Assembly (NCBI GenBank): GCA_002269645.1
Contig: NIVC01000529.1
Coordinates: 170,213 to 234,212, forward strand
DNA: 64,000 bases
Direction of reading: 5' to 3'
From: Macrostomum lignano
Taxonomy: Eukaryota
Position 1 is the first letter of the stretch. Each line of letters opens with the position of its first letter. Position numbers and translations under genes: made by a program. Under the pieces are notes generated by a model that made no database searches, was not told where the DNA came from, and saw nothing but the letters and a program-made list of their open reading frames with translations. Positions 13,701-40,052 of the stretch are shown one piece after another.

Positions 13701-16299
13701 ATAGAAACTAAAAGGTAAAAGTCGTATAACATTTTTCATTTTTGAGATTTTGCAATACATTTTTTAAATTTGACTAAGAACATCTTTAGAAATCATACTC
13801 TTTTATTAGAATATATAAACTCAAAAGGCAACAAAGATACAAAAGAAAAGGCAGCCTTATGGTTGTAACATATTTTTTCTGTCAATTTAGTAACTTTGAG
13901 GTACTAATACATTAAAAATATAATAGATTATTTGGTCACCAATGCTTTTATCTGATGATGCAAGTACTTACTTTTATCTATAGTTTGTTTCAACCTTCAA
14001 AAGCTTTCTATTTGTTTTTAAAAGGTACAAAATCTTAATGATGTCTTTTGCTTCGAAAAATGTCCAAATTTTTACAAAAATGACTTTTTGCCAATTGATA
14101 ACATACTAATCCAACATTTTATCATTCATTTATTCTTAGATTGTATATATTGCACATAAAAACATTTGGTAAAAAATAGGCTAATAAGGCAATGGCAAGC
14201 AAAAATATTGACTTTTTTCTATTTTCCAAATATGTCTATCTTATATGGAATGAGTCAGAAGTATAAAAAATATGAGAATTATAAGTGTTGTACTTATGGT
14301 TTTCTCATGGTGGCCTGGTAGGTCTTTGAATCCCATTGCTGCCACCAGTGAAGTACTTGCAGTTTTCTTGCTGTCTAGCACAATGACTTGGGCTCTCCGT
14401 CTTCTCACTTGGAAGCCTTCTTAACTCTTAGTAGCGCAGGTAGTGCTGCCACCAGTTCCTTCAGGTCTTGGCCTTCAATGAAGTGAGCTTCCCATCGGAA
14501 TGAAATAACAAAGTCAATGAACTCAGCACCGGGTGCAGATTTACAGTTCAATGTACAAAGTGTCTCGTCAGCAGCACCTGCCAGGCTTGGTTGGTTCAGG
14601 GAGGGCTGAGTTAGCCTCTCGTAGGCTTGAGGTTGGGCTTTAGTGGGGTCTCAGTCAGACCAGTACAAGCAGATTCAGTGTATGCAAAGGGCACTTAGTT
14701 AGACACTGATGCACATGGGAGCTTAGTGGATTCTCCGCAGATAAGAAGCCTCCTTAATGGAAACAAGGGGAGAGGCGTCTTATTTATAGCCGGGACAGCC
14801 CACATCAGAGAAGCTGGGGGCTGAGAAATGCAAAGCAAAACAGGCAGGAGGGAAGGGAGCAGCAACAGACAGCCAAAAGGAGGGAGGCAGGAAGCTGACC
14901 AGCAGCAGACAGCAATCCAGGGCGAGGGCAAGGGCAACTGCTAACAAAGTGTGATGCCCAACACTAAACTAGCGGATCACTACATAGGCAAAAATAGGGG
15001 AATTTTCATATGCAACAAGGTCCTAAGTAGTCATATATGCTACTGTATACCACAGGAGTTTTTAAATATTTTAGAATAGTTATTCTATTAGACTATCCAA
15101 TCAAGTTAAACCTGCTTTCAATCTTATTCCTTTAGAAAGGACTATTATCTGCTTTACCCACTAAAGCATCTATTTTTTAAATCTGGTAATTTTTTCTATC
15201 TAGTTAAAAATTTAAATTGACAAATATATATAACATATCTGAATATATCTGATTTTCTTGATAATATGCAGAATTTCAACAAAAGTGATTCTAAATGTTA
15301 ATATTAATAGTCAAATAGTGCTCTAAAACTCTAGAATGGTCAGTCTGTAAACACATTGGATGCAATTGAGTAAAAATTTTGTAAATTATCTACATGTTTA
15401 TTAATTTAAACTTTTCCTACCTGCATTACTGATAGTAATCTGTTAAAGGTTTAAATGTAAAAAAATCAAAGCTTTGTTTGTCTGCAAATCCTAATTATTT
15501 TCATTACTCTCCACATTTTATGCTGTTATAGTACTTGCCTTAGTAATATGACTAAGTCTAGATTTACTACTATCTATAATCTTGCCAAGTCAATCTTTAT
15601 GATTCTGGACTAAAAGAAATTTCAAACTCCCCCCTGCCGCTTATTTTCCTTCCCTCCCTGCCTTTCGCCCTCTTGCCCTCTTCCTGTTAATAGAAAATAT
15701 TTTGGAAGGTCCCGACCACCGCCTTTAACGCCCCATTCTCCCTTCCCCAAAAAAATTAGTAATAGAGAATTGCTCTCGTAAAAATATGGAGAGCTGCGAA
15801 TGATGGAGGGCCATTGTGTTGCTGATTGCCAATCCGCATCGAGGAAAGAGATTAGAGACAGGCGGCTACAAATTTTCACTCAAGATTTTGTTGGTTCACC
15901 AACCATCCACCGTCTTCACTTGGCCCTCTTGACACTGAAGGGTGAAGGGAGAGTGAGAGTGTGTGAAACGCGAGAGCTGTCAGGTCTCAATTAAATAATA
16001 ATGCCTGACAATTCATCTTTTCTCTGTCTGCCCTGTCAATCTCCAGATTCCAGGCCAGTTTAGCTTGCATTTCCAGCTTCGAACCTTTATTCTGTGTGGA
16101 CTTGACCTACCGGATGTCTGAAGGGAACTCTGGGAGCCGCTATTCACTTTGCATGCTGCACGTGTTGTATTGAGTAGCTTTCACTGACTTTGACTCTCAG
16201 AACTGTCCGTTAAATTGTCCATTAAAATGCTGACTTTCTGTCTGTGTCCATCTGTCTGCTTGCATCTTGAATCTACCTGCTGCTGTCCGCCTGTCTGTG

Positions 16300-16370
16300 C
16301 TGTCTGTGTCTGCCTGTCTGCCCATCCACCTGTCTATCTGTCTATCTGTCTGTCTGTCTGTCTCTGTCTG

Positions 16371-16425
<55 letters not shown>

Positions 16426-16428
16426 GTT

Positions 16429-16520
<92 letters not shown>
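16300..16520 (+). repeat. (TCTG)n microsatellite
   Basis: Read directly; explains the overlapping LSVC/QTDR ORFs. Confidence 0.97.
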
Positions 16521-16943
16521 AGCCTATGCCAACTCTGCCGGCCATCTCTCTTTCTGTCCCTTCCAATCAGCCCCCGTCTGTTCTGATTGGCTGTCTCCAA
16601 TACGCATATATTAAGTGTATTTTATAGGACTAAAAAACTCTGTCACAGTTTACTATACACTACAAATCTGCATCTATGCTGTTATAAAGATAGAATAATA
16701 TATAAGAAAGTAAAATAATAGCTTATCATGACTCTGCCTGGCGGTCTCCGCCTGTTCGACAGCGGCACCAACTGTAAATTGGGTTGCTACCCACCCGGAA
16801 CTAACAATAATAATTGCTGAATCAGCTTTGCCGACAACAACAACAAAAGCATCGGCAGCAGCGGCGGCAGTAGCTGTTGCAGTTGCGGTTGCTGTTGCTC
16901 AGTCAATAATTGGCCTAATTATCATAATAATAACAATAGAAGC

Positions 16944-29304
<12,361 letters not shown>

Positions 29305-29739
29305 TTATGCCTGATTAGCATCAGTATGAAAATTTAGCATGAAAGTACTTTTTTGTACTTTTCATTGCGTGTTGAATAGAGAAGAGCAGCTTATAGTGCT
29401 AATATAAATGGCGAAGATATGATGCAGGCTCCTCCTATTATTATTCATTTCTAGATCTTGTTGGTGATAATTATTTATAATTATTTTTGGCGATTTTTCG
29501 GCTTCTGCTTTTTGGCCTGTCTGCCTTGCTTGTTTCACGTAGTTCTTGGCAAATTCAGTTTAGTTCCATGAGCTGACGATATATATAATTAAAAATGATA
29601 ATAATTCGATTCATATTCTAAAGATGATTGTCTAAGGCTAAGCAGCTCTATCACAAAGCTTTGCTAGCGTCTTAAATATTTGTTTTTGTACACTGCTTTG
29701 CACTGCCATTTGCACATTTAAATCCCTCCCTTAAATACT

Positions 29740-30400
29740 CCCCATCTCACTCCTGAACACTCGCCATCTTACCCCTGAGCACTAGCCATCTCACCCTTGA
29801 GCACTCGCCATCTCACGTCTGAGGACTCCCTCATCTCATTCCTTAGGACTCCCCATCTCACTCCTGAGGACTCCCCATCTCACCCCTAAGGACTCCCTCA
29901 TCTCACTCCTTAGGACTCCCCATCTCACCCCTAAGGACTCCCTCATCTCACTCCTGAGGACTCCCCATCTCACCCCTAAGGACTCCCTCATCTCACTCCT
30001 GAGGACTCCCTCATCTCACTCCTGAGGACTCCCCATCTCACTCCTGAGGACTTCCTATCTCACCCCTAAGGACTCCCCCATCTCACCCCTGAGGACTCCC
30101 CCATCTCACCCCTAAGGACTCCCTCATCTCATTCCTTAGGACTCCCCCATCTCACCCCTGAGGACTCCCCCATCTCACCCCTAAGGACTCCCCATCTCAC
30201 TCCTGAGGACTTCCTATCTCACCCCTAAGGACTCCCCCATCTCACCCCTGAGGACTCCCTCATCTCATTCCTTAGGACTCCCCATCTCACCCCTAAGGAC
30301 TCCCTCATCTCATTCCTGAGTACTCCCCATCTCACTCCTCAGGACTCCCCATCTCACTCCTGAGGACTCCCCATCTCACTTCTGAAGACTCTCCATCTCA
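29740..30400 (+). repeat. 22-23 bp minisatellite (CTCCCCATCTCACTCCTGAGGA)
   Basis: Tandem units read directly. Confidence 0.93.
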
Positions 30401-31609
30401 CAAGTAATGAATACTTATCTCACCCATTTATTTTCCTCTCCAGTTTCGTATTTTGCTGCTAAAATTTTTGGTTTCTTTTAACAAAAAAGTTTTTTTATTA
30501 TAAATTATAAATTTAGATAATAATTCACTACTTTTTCTACTTGTGCGAGTAGAAAGTTGCGCAAATTGATGGCCTTTTCAGCTGATATAACCGATTATAT
30601 TATACGATTGCATTTTTGTACGCCCGCAATGCTCAGTTGAACCACCGCTCGCCCCAAGGACCCCTGCAGAGGAGAGTAAATTGAAGCCTAGTCAAGCTTA
30701 TGTCTGCTGCTTTTTCCAGGATTTTTATCGTCGCTTCGAAATACGCGCTTTTTGCTTCCTTTTTTCCCCTGGACTCAATTGCTGCTCCCGTCAGGCAGTT
30801 TAAATAGAATAAATAGCCTGCTCAGCTTAAACTTGTTACTCTCATTGTTAATTCTTCTGATTGTGCTCTATTTTTTTCCATTTGTAATAGTATATATTTT
30901 AAATGCGTAAGGTGTGCTTTTTACTCTAGTAATTGTGTTTTGCGTGTTGTTAGTCAATATCTATATATTTAACTATTGTACACAATTATATTAATATTGA
31001 ATATAACTTTACTTGCGTTTAATATACATGTGTGTTTCTTAAACATTTTATTTTATTCTATAATATCTATAGTCGGATACTTGGGAGTTTTACTCTGCCT
31101 CAAGACTTGTGCCTGGCCTGTGTACATTATCTCTGAGCCACTGGTGGCATAAGAAATACTGCTATACGCAAAACACAGTTTTGTAATGTTTCCTAGACCT
31201 GCGCTTGCTGCTGCTGTTGTTGCTATTCGACCATATAGAAAATGTTTCGTTTTAATTTATTCACGTCTTAAAAAGTTATGCTCATTTGTTACATTAGTAT
31301 TATTGTTTATAATAAGTACCTGCGGTTCTGCTCGCTCTGACTGCTCTAAGTGAAATAGAATATAATCGCTTTTAAACTTTATTAATGTTTGATAAGATTT
31401 TATGGCCTTCATTATTGACGCTCGACGTATCCAGCTGGTGGGATTGAAATTCTTAAAGTTTTTTATGACGCTTGAACTTTTTTCTGTACTTTATTTGCTT
31501 GTTATTGGTCTTTTTTGTTACTCCTGTTTTTTATTATTCAAGAAATCGAGTAGAAAATCATCCGCTTTCAATTCAATACGAATAAGGTTTATCTACACAC
31601 ACGCGTGGA

Positions 31610-32355
31610 CCAACCCCATGACGGCTTTTCTCACCCTAATGTACACCTGGCCTGACCAGACCACAAGAGCCTCTCCACCAATGTACACTCGGCCTGACCA
31701 GCCCACGAGAGCCTCTCTCCCCCCAATGTACACTCGGCCTGACCAGCCCACAAGAGCCTCTCCCCCAATGTACACCTGGTCTGACCAGCCCACAAGAGCC
31801 TCTCCCCCCAATGTACACTCGGTCTGACCAGCCCCAAACGAGAGCCTCTCCCCCAATGTACACTCGGCCTGACCAGCCCCAAACGAGAGCCTCTCCCCCA
31901 ATGTACACTCGGCCTGACCAGCCCCAAACGAGAGCTTTTGTCTCTCTTCCCAATGTGCACTCGGCCTGACCAGCCCCAAACGAGAGCCTCTCCCCCAATG
32001 TACACTCGGTCTGACCAGCCCCAAACGAGAGCCTCTCCCCCAATGTACACTCGGTCTGACCAGCCCCAAACGAGAGCCTCTCCCCCAATGTACACTCGGT
32101 CTGACCAGCCCCAAACGAGAGCCTCTCCCCCAATGTACACTCGGCCTGACCAGCCCCAAACGAGAGCCTCTCCCCCAATGTACACTCGGCCTGACCAGCC
32201 CCAAACGAGAGCTTTTGTCTCTCTTCCCAATGTGCACTCGGCCTGACCAGCCCCAAACGAGAGCTTTTGTCTCTCTTCCCAATGTGCACTCGGCCTGACC
32301 AGCCCCAAACGAGAGCTTTTGTCTCTCTTCCCAATGTGCACTCGACCTGACCAGT
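31610..32355 (+). repeat. About 45-bp minisatellite (CCCAATGTACACTCGGCCTGACCAGCCCCAAACGAGAGCCTCTCC)
   Basis: Tandem units read directly. Confidence 0.93.
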
Positions 32356-32707
32356 CACTTGAAGGTTTTTCTACTTCGATCTCTACCTCTCCTTGATCTC
32401 TTCTTACTCAAGCTTGTATCTCTCCCTGCTTCCTGGATTTTCTCCATTTCGGTTTGAATGTCTAGCTATTTCTAAGTCTGGAATTTTTCTGCTATTTTGA
32501 CAAGCCAACTATTTGATGCCTATATTTACTTATGCCTGCATGCATATGCATATGTTTATATAACATAATATCTATATTTAAATTTATATGTGCAAGTAGA
32601 GTCTGCGCACTCTTCAATAAAAGCAAAATTGCAGTGCAGTGCTGCGTTTTTCTCAGCAATATTTAACAATTGCTCCTTCATCATTGAACTTTTTTCTGTG
32701 CTTTGTA

Positions 32708-34520
32708 GTGAGATTTGAGAGTGGAAGCTGATCTCAAGTAGGTGAGATTTGAGAGTAGAAGCTGATCTCAGTAGGTGAGATTTGAGAGTAGAAGCTGATC
32801 TCAGTAGGTGAGATTTGAGAGTAGAAGCTAATCTCAGTAGGAGAGATTTGAGAGTAGAAGCTGATCTCAGTAGGTGAGATTTGAGAGTAGAAGCTGATCT
32901 CAGTAGGTGAGATTTGAGAGTAGAAGCTAATCTCAGTAGGAGAGATTTGAGAGTAGAAGCTTATCTCAGTAGGAGAGATTTGAGAGTAGAAGTTGATCTC
33001 AGTAGGTGAGATTTCAGAGTAGAAGCTGATCTCAGTAGGAGAGATTTGAGAGTAGAAGCTGATCTCAGTAGGTGAGATTTGAGAGTAGAAGCTTATCTCA
33101 GTAGGAGAGATTTGAGAGTAGAAGTTGATCTCAGTAGGTGAGATTTCAGAGTAGAAGCTGATCTCAGTAGGTGAGATTTGAGAGTAGAATCTTACTTAGT
33201 AGGTGAGATTTCAGAGTAGAAGCCAATCTCAGTAGGAGAGATTTGTGAGTAGAAGCTGACCTCAGTGAGAATGAGATTTCAGAGTAGAAGCTGATCTCAG
33301 TAGGAGAGATTTGAGAGTGGAAGCTGACCTCAGTGAGAATGAGATTTGAGAGTAGAAGCTGATCTCAGTGAGAATAAGATTTGAGAGTAGAAGCTGATCT
33401 CAGTGAGAATGAGATTTGAGAGTAGAAGCTGATCTCAGCAGGAGAGATTTGAGAGTAGAAGCTGATCTCAGTAGGTGAGATTTGAGAGTAGAAACTGATC
33501 TCAGTAGGAGAGATTTAAGAGTAGAAGCTTATCTCAGTAGGTGAGATTTGAGAGTAGAAGCTGATCTCAGCAGGAGAGATTTGAGAGTAGAAGCTGATCT
33601 CAGTAGGTGAGATTTGAGAGTAGAAGCTGATCTCAGCAGGAGAGATTTGAGAGTAGAAGCTGATCTCAGTAGGAGAGATTTGAGAGTAGAAGCTGATCTC
33701 AGTAGGTGAGATTTGAGAGTAGAAGCTTATCTCAGTAGGTGAGATTTGAGAGTAGAAGCCAATCTCAGTAGGTGAGATTTGAGAGTAGAAGCTGATCTCA
33801 GTAGGTGAGATTTGAGAGTAGAAGCTGACCTCAGTGAGAATGAGATTTCAGAGTAGAAGCTTATCTCAGTAGGTGAGATTTGAGAGTAGAAGCTTATCTC
33901 AGCAGGTGAGATTTGAGAGTAGAAGCCAATCTCAGTAGGAGAGATTTGAGAGTAGAAGCTGATCTCAGTAGGTGAGATTTGAGAGTAGAAGCTGATCTCA
34001 GTAGGTGAGATTTGAGAGTAGAAACTGATCTCAGTAGGTGAGATTTGAGAGTAGAAGCTGATCTCAGTAGGTGAGATTTGAGAGTAGAAGCTTATCTCAG
34101 TAGGTGAGATTTGAGAGTAGAAGCTTATCTCAGCAGGTGAGATTTGAGAGTAGAAGCCAATCTCAGTAGGTGAGATTTGAGAGTAGAAGCTGATCTCAGT
34201 AGGTGAGATTTGAGAGTAGAAGCTGATTTCAGTAGGTGAGATTTGAGAGTAGAAGCTTATCTCAGTAGGTGAGATTTGAGAGTAGAAGCTTATCTCAGCA
34301 GGTGAGATTTGAGAGTAGAAGCCAATCTCAGTAGGTGAGATTTGAGAGTAGAAGCTGATCTCAGTAGGTGAGATTTGAGAGTAGAAGCTGACCTCAGTAG
34401 GAGAGATTTGAGAGTAGAAGCTTATCTCAGCAGCTGAGATTTGAGAATAGAAGCTGATTTCAGTAGGAGAGATTTGAGAGTGGAAGCTGATCTCGGTGAG
34501 TGAGATTTCTGAGTGGACGC
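32708..34520 (+). repeat. 33-bp minisatellite array (GAGATTTGAGAGTAGAAGCTGATCTCAGTAGGT), about 1.8 kb, ending just upstream of USP14
   Basis: About 55 tandem units. Confidence 0.96.
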
Positions 34521-34614
34521 TGAAGTCTCGCATAAACAATCTCATTTCAGCAATCCTTGCCTAATAAATTCAACACGAAAACGCACCCCAATTAAAAGAT
34601 AGCGCTGAGAAATC

Positions 34615-37600
34615 ATGTCATCACTTACTGTACACGTCAAATGGCAGAAGCAGAAATTCTCCGATGTCCCCGTGGACACCAGCCAACCACCAGAGCTGTT
34701 CAAAGCCACTCTGTACAGCCTCTCTGGTGTGCCTCCGGACCGGCAGAAGGTGAGGCTTTGACTTGATGGGTATCCGTTGGGGTGTCTTGAGTCTCCGGAA
34801 TCGCGGATTGTCCCTTCTCCTAAGACGGTTGTCCACTCCGCTTTGAATTGGGTTGTCCAAAAATTCTCCGATGGGATGTGATGTTCACTATGTTCTAAAC
34901 AATCTAAAACCGAAGTGTCCACAATCCATTTAGGGTGTCCGCAATCCTAATCTAGGATGTCCACAATCCTAATCTAGGATGTCCACAATCTAGGGTGTCC
35001 GCAATCCTAATCTAGGGTGTCCACAATCCTAATCTGGGATGTCCGCAATCCTAATCTAGGGTGTCCACAATCCTAATCTAGGATGTCCGCAATCCTAATC
35101 TAGGATGTCCACAATCTAGGGTGTCCACAATCCTAATCTAGAATGTCCACAATCCTAATCTAGAATGTCCACAATCTAGGGTGTCCACAATCCTAATCTA
35201 GGATGTCCACAATCTAGGATGTCCACAATCCTGATTTAGGGTGTCCGCAATCCTAATCTGGGATGTCCACAATCCTAATCTAGGGTGTCCGCAATCCTAA
35301 TCTGGGATGTCTGCAATCCTAATCTAGGGTGTCCACAATCCTAATCTGGGGTGTCCACAATCCTAATCTGGGGTGTCCGCAAGCCTAATCTGGATGACTC
35401 AAACTCAAACTCTACCTCTAACTCCAGGTAATGGTGAAGGGCGCCGTGCTGCCAGACGACAGCTGGTCGGGCATCGCCCTGAAGCCCGGCGCCACGGTTA
35501 TGCTGCTTGGGTCGGCCGAGGCTCTGCCGGAGGCTCCGGCCACGCCGCCTGTAAAATTTGTTGAAGACATGGACGAAAGCGAACTGGCCAAGGCGATAGA
35601 CTTGCCGCCGGGTTTGAACAATTTGGGCAATACCTGCTATATGAATGCCACATTGCAGTGCCTGCGCAGCGTGCCAGAGCTCAGGTCCATACTGTCCAAG
35701 AATCGGCTGGCTGGCCTGGGCGGTGCGGCAGCTTCAGGCGGAGGTCCCGAGGTGCTGGTATCGGCCATGTCTAATCTGTTTGCCGCGCTGGAAAAATCTG
35801 GCAACTCCGTGTCGCCGCACGTATTTTTGCACCTGATGCACGCCGCGTTTCCGCAGTTTGCTACCAAAGCTGAAGGCGGTGTGTTTCAGCAGCAGGATGC
35901 CAACGAGTGCTGGGTGGAGCTGGTGCGCTGTCTGCAGAGCCGGCTGCCCGTGAGTTATGAACTGGGGGGGGGGGGCAAATTCATTTAGGGCTTGTGTGCA
36001 CGAACATTTGCCGTTGGATGTTGTGTGAGATTCACAGCCATCAGAGCCAACCTCACATCGGGGGTCAGAGGGGGACAAACCTTGATCGGGGTCAGGGGGA
36101 CAAACCTTGATCGGGGGTCAGAGGGGGGACAAACCTTGATTGGGGGTCAGAGGGGGACAAACCTTGATCGGGGGTCAGAGGGGGACAAACCTTGATCGGG
36201 GGTCAGAGGGGGACAAACCTTGATCGGGGTCAGAGGGGGACAAACCTTGATCGGGGGTCAGAGGGGGACAAACCTTGATCGGGGTCAGAGGGGGACAAAC
36301 CTTGATCGGGGGTCAGGGGGGGACAAACCTTCATCGGGGTCAGGGGGGACAAACCTTGATCGATCGGGGGTCAGAGGGGGACAAACCTTGATCGGGGGTC
36401 AGAGGGGGACAAACCTTGATCGGGGGTCAGAGGGGGACAAACCTTGATCGGGGGTCAGAGGGGGACAAACCTTGATCGGGGTCAGGGAGGACAAACCTTG
36501 ATCGGGGGTCAGGGGGGACAAACCTTGATCGGGGGTCAGGGGGACAAACCTTGATCGGGGTCAGAGGGGGGACAAACCTTGATCGGGGGTCAGAGGGGGA
36601 CAAACCTTGATCGGGGTCAGAGGGGGGGACAAACCTTGATCGGGGGTCAGGGGGGACAAACCTTCATCGGGGTCAGGGGGGACAAACCTTGATCGATCGG
36701 GGGTCAGAGGGGACAAACCTTGATCGGGGGTCAGAGGGGGACAAACCTTGATCGGGGGTCAGAGGGGGACAAACCTTGATCGGGGGTCAGAGGGGGACAA
36801 ACCTTGATCGGGGTCAGAGGGGGACAAACCTTGATCGGGGTCAGAGGGGGACAAACCTTGATCGGGGGTCAGAGGGGGACAAACCTTGATCGGGGGTCAG
36901 AGGGGGACAAACCTTGATCGGGGGTCAGAGGGGGCAAACTTTGATCGGGGTCAGGGAGTGGGTAAACCTTGATAGGGTATCAGACGTCACAACCGGAAGT
37001 GAGGTTAATTACCCAAATTTTGGTGGCAGATTGGTATTTTAACAAAACTGTAACTTCCTAACCTGGCCAAGACAACCGAGGCCGGCGGTTCAACGGACGT
37101 CTCCTTCACTGACCGCTACCTGACCGGCTCCATGACCTGCCGGCTGACCTGCCAGGAGTGCGGCCCCGAAGCCGAGCCGGAGGTCAATTTGGTTGAGACG
37201 TTCAGCCAGTTGAGCTGCTTCATCGACAAGGACGTCAAGTACTTGCACACGGGGCTGACTAACGCTATGAAGAGCTCGCTGACTAAGCGCTGCGACCGGC
37301 TTGGCAGGGACGCCGTGTACTCCAAGCAGAGCAAGATTACCCGCCTGCCGGCCTATCTGACTGTCCAGTTTGTCCGCTTCTACTATAAGGAGAAGGAGCA
37401 GGTCAACGCCAAGGTGCTCAAGGATGTGAAATTCTCCCTGACGCTTGACGTCTATCAGCTGTGCTCCGAGGAGCTGCAGGCCCGGCTGAAGCCTGTGCGG
37501 GAGCAGGTGAGGCTGACTGGCGGATAGGCGGGCAGACAGCAGACACTAAGACTCTGGATAGACACCAAGGCAGACAAACAGACAGACAGACAGACAACAG

Positions 37601-37642
37601 ACACCAAGACAGACACCAAGACAGACACCAAGACAGACACCA

Positions 37643-37675
<33 letters not shown>

Positions 37676-37690
37676 CCAAGACAGACACCA

Positions 37691-37745
<55 letters not shown>

Positions 37746-37784
37746 GACAGACAGACACTAAGACAGACAGACGGACAGACACTA

Positions 37785-37839
<55 letters not shown>

Positions 37840-40052
37840 GACAGACAGACACTAAGACAGACAGACAGACAGACACAGTGAGTGACGTTCCCCCCCCCCC
37901 CAAAACCCTCGCAGCTCCGCCGCATGGACGAATGGCTCGCCCTGCAGTCCGGAGCCGCCAAGCGACGTCCCGGCGGCCCGGCCGTGGCCCAAGGCGCGGA
38001 GCAGGCCGCCACCGCCGACACGGGCACCAACAACGCTTCGTGGCCTCCGTCGCTGCCGCCGCTGGACCCGGGAGCGCCACCACCGCCGGCCTACTACTTC
38101 GAGGACGATCCGGGCTCCAACGCTAGCGGACAGTACATGCTGCAGGCGGTGCTCACGCATCAGGTGCGCTTCGTTGGCTTTTCATGTATAATCAGCTGGC
38201 TTTGCTTAGCTTAGGACTAGCCTAATTCCATTTACATGTATTAGCCAACCCATACCCACTCCGTAGCCAACCTAATCCTTCATCTTAGAGTAGACAACCC
38301 AATTCTTCTTAGGGTAGACAATCTAATCCTCCATCTTAGGGTAGACAACCTAATCCTTTTTTCTTAGGGTAGACAACCTAATCCTTTTTTCTTAGGGTAG
38401 ACAACCTAATCCTTTATCTTAGGGTAGACAACATAATCCTCCATCTTAGGGTAGACAATCTAAATTCTCTATCTTAGGGTAGACAATCTAAATCCTCTAT
38501 CGTAGGGTAGACAATCTAAATTCTCTATCTTAGGGTAGACAATCTAAATCCTCCATCTTAGGGTAGACAATCTAAATCAGGGGTCGGCAAACTGCGGCCC
38601 GCGGGCCAGATCCGGCCCGCGTCATCTTCAAGTCCGGCCCGCAGCACTCTTACTATCTGACAATGTAAAAGTGGCCCGCGAACCAATTTTGTGTTGATAC
38701 ATTCAACTTTTCAAGCAAAATTAGCTTTCACCTCGGCATTCCTATCACAATACTGTGTCAATTTCAATTGTCGTGTTGTTGGTGGCATTTGGTCTATCAT
38801 ATAAAATTGTCGGCTATCCTTTAGTAGAATCGTTCGTTAAATTAATTTTTGTTTGAATTCGATTTCTTTCTATTTTTAGAGTCCAAAAATATGAAACAAG
38901 TGAACAATCTAACAGTTTACAATTAAATATACTGGCAGCTAAATTGTTTGTTATAGTCAATTGCCACATCACGACACGAGGGTACTATTTTAACGTTGGG
39001 TAATAGGGGTAATAGTGTCACTGGGTAATTTTATCCAGGACACATTTTTCCACAATTTTTGAATTTGTGCGTTGATGTCAGGAATTCTTAAAATAGTATA
39101 AGTTTTGCGCGCACAAAGCATTAATATGTCTATGGTCAAAGTCGGTGACAGTGCGGAGCTGGGGGACTTTTAAAGGGAGATGCATTTGAGATTGAAAAAT
39201 TAGCTACCGAGCTGCCATACTGGGATTCAAGTCAAGCCACTGCTTACTTTGCTGATTTTGGACTATTACTCTCTGGATGGCTGGATCTGGATGACCAGTG
39301 GCCTCAAGTTGGATTGTGTCACTGTTTAACTTTCAGTAGTACCCTCGTGTCGTGATTTGGCAATTAACTATAACAAACAATTTAGCTGCCAGTACATGTT
39401 AAACTGTTGGATCGTTCACTTGTTTACATTTTTACTCTAAAATTAGAAATGAATTAAATTCAAGCGAAAAAATAATTTAACAAACGATTCTATAGGATAC
39501 CAGATTGTCATTTATAGCCTCAATTTGTTGTGCATTTTTTGGCCCGCCACCTCAGCCAGTCGTCCAATCCGGCCCGCACTGAAAAAAGTTTGCCGACCCC
39601 TGATCTAAATCCTCCGTCTTAGGGTAGACAATCTAAATCCTCCATCTTAGGGTAGACAATCTAAATCCTCCATCTTAGGGTAGACAATCTAAATCCTCCA
39701 TCTTAGGGTAGACAATCTAAATCCTCCATCTTAGGGTAGACAATCTAAATCCTCGCATTTCCAATCCATCCCTCAGGGCCGGTCGAGCTCCTCCGGTCAC
39801 TACTTGGCCTGGGTGCGCAAAGCGGACCAGCCCGCCAACGCCAATCCCGAGGAGGATGTCTGGTTCAAGTTCGACGACGACTACGTCTCCCCAGTTACTG
39901 GGGCCGACATCCTGCGCCTGAGTGGCGGCGGCGACTGGCACTGCGCCTACCTGCTGTTGTACGGACCGCGGCAGCTTGACCGGGATTATTCCAGCCTGCC
40001 GCCTCCCACCGATGCCTCTGCTAGCCAGGGTGGCGCGGCCGGCACCAATTGA
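34615..40052 (+). CDS. USP14: Ubiquitin C-terminal hydrolase 14, exons 34615-34749, 35428-35949, 37072-37506, 37915-38163, 39777-40052 (about 538 aa)
   Basis: Ubl domain MSSLTVHVKWQKQKF...PPELFKATLYSLSGVPPDRQK|VMVKG; Cys box GLNNLGNTCYMN; QQDANECW; His box GRSSSSGHY; FKFDDD; SGGGDWHCAY. All introns are phase 0 GT-AG. Confidence 0.95.
34900..35390 (+). repeat. About 22-bp minisatellite (GTGTCCACAATCCTAATCTAGG) in USP14 intron 1
   Basis: Tandem units read directly. Confidence 0.93.
36040..36975 (+). repeat. About 28-bp G-rich minisatellite (GGGGGTCAGAGGGGGACAAACCTTGATC) in USP14 intron 2
   Basis: Tandem units read directly. Confidence 0.95.
37535..37877 (+). repeat. (GACA)n microsatellite in USP14 intron 3
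   Basis: Read directly. Confidence 0.95.
38270..39752 (+). repeat. 28-bp minisatellite (CTTAGGGTAGACAATCTAAATCCTCCAT) in USP14 intron 4, interrupted by a hAT element
   Basis: Units on both sides of 38578-39602. Confidence 0.9.
38578..39602. mobile_element. Non-autonomous hAT (Buster/Charlie-type) element, 1025 bp
   Basis: Perfect 16-bp TIR CAGGGGTCGGCAAACT / AGTTTGCCGACCCCTG; 8-bp TSD ATCTAAAT (38570-38577, 39603-39610) with central TA; subterminal GGCCCGC motifs. Confidence 0.95.

Noticed and set aside
14300-14946. LTR matching the Gypsy LTR at 1214 (reverse TGTTAGCA..., TATAAATA at approx. 14785)
   Set aside because: Similarity is limited to 8 bp; no second terminus, PBS or TSD found. 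It may be an old LTR relic but is not supportable.
16215-16627. Several LSVC/QTDR ORFs (also 37418-38126)
   Set aside because: Translations of TCTG/GACA microsatellites.
16729-16821. Short ATG-initiated ORF (MTLPGGLRLFDSG...) upstream of SYK
   Set aside because: About 30 codons with no homology or splice evidence; could be a uORF but is unsupported.
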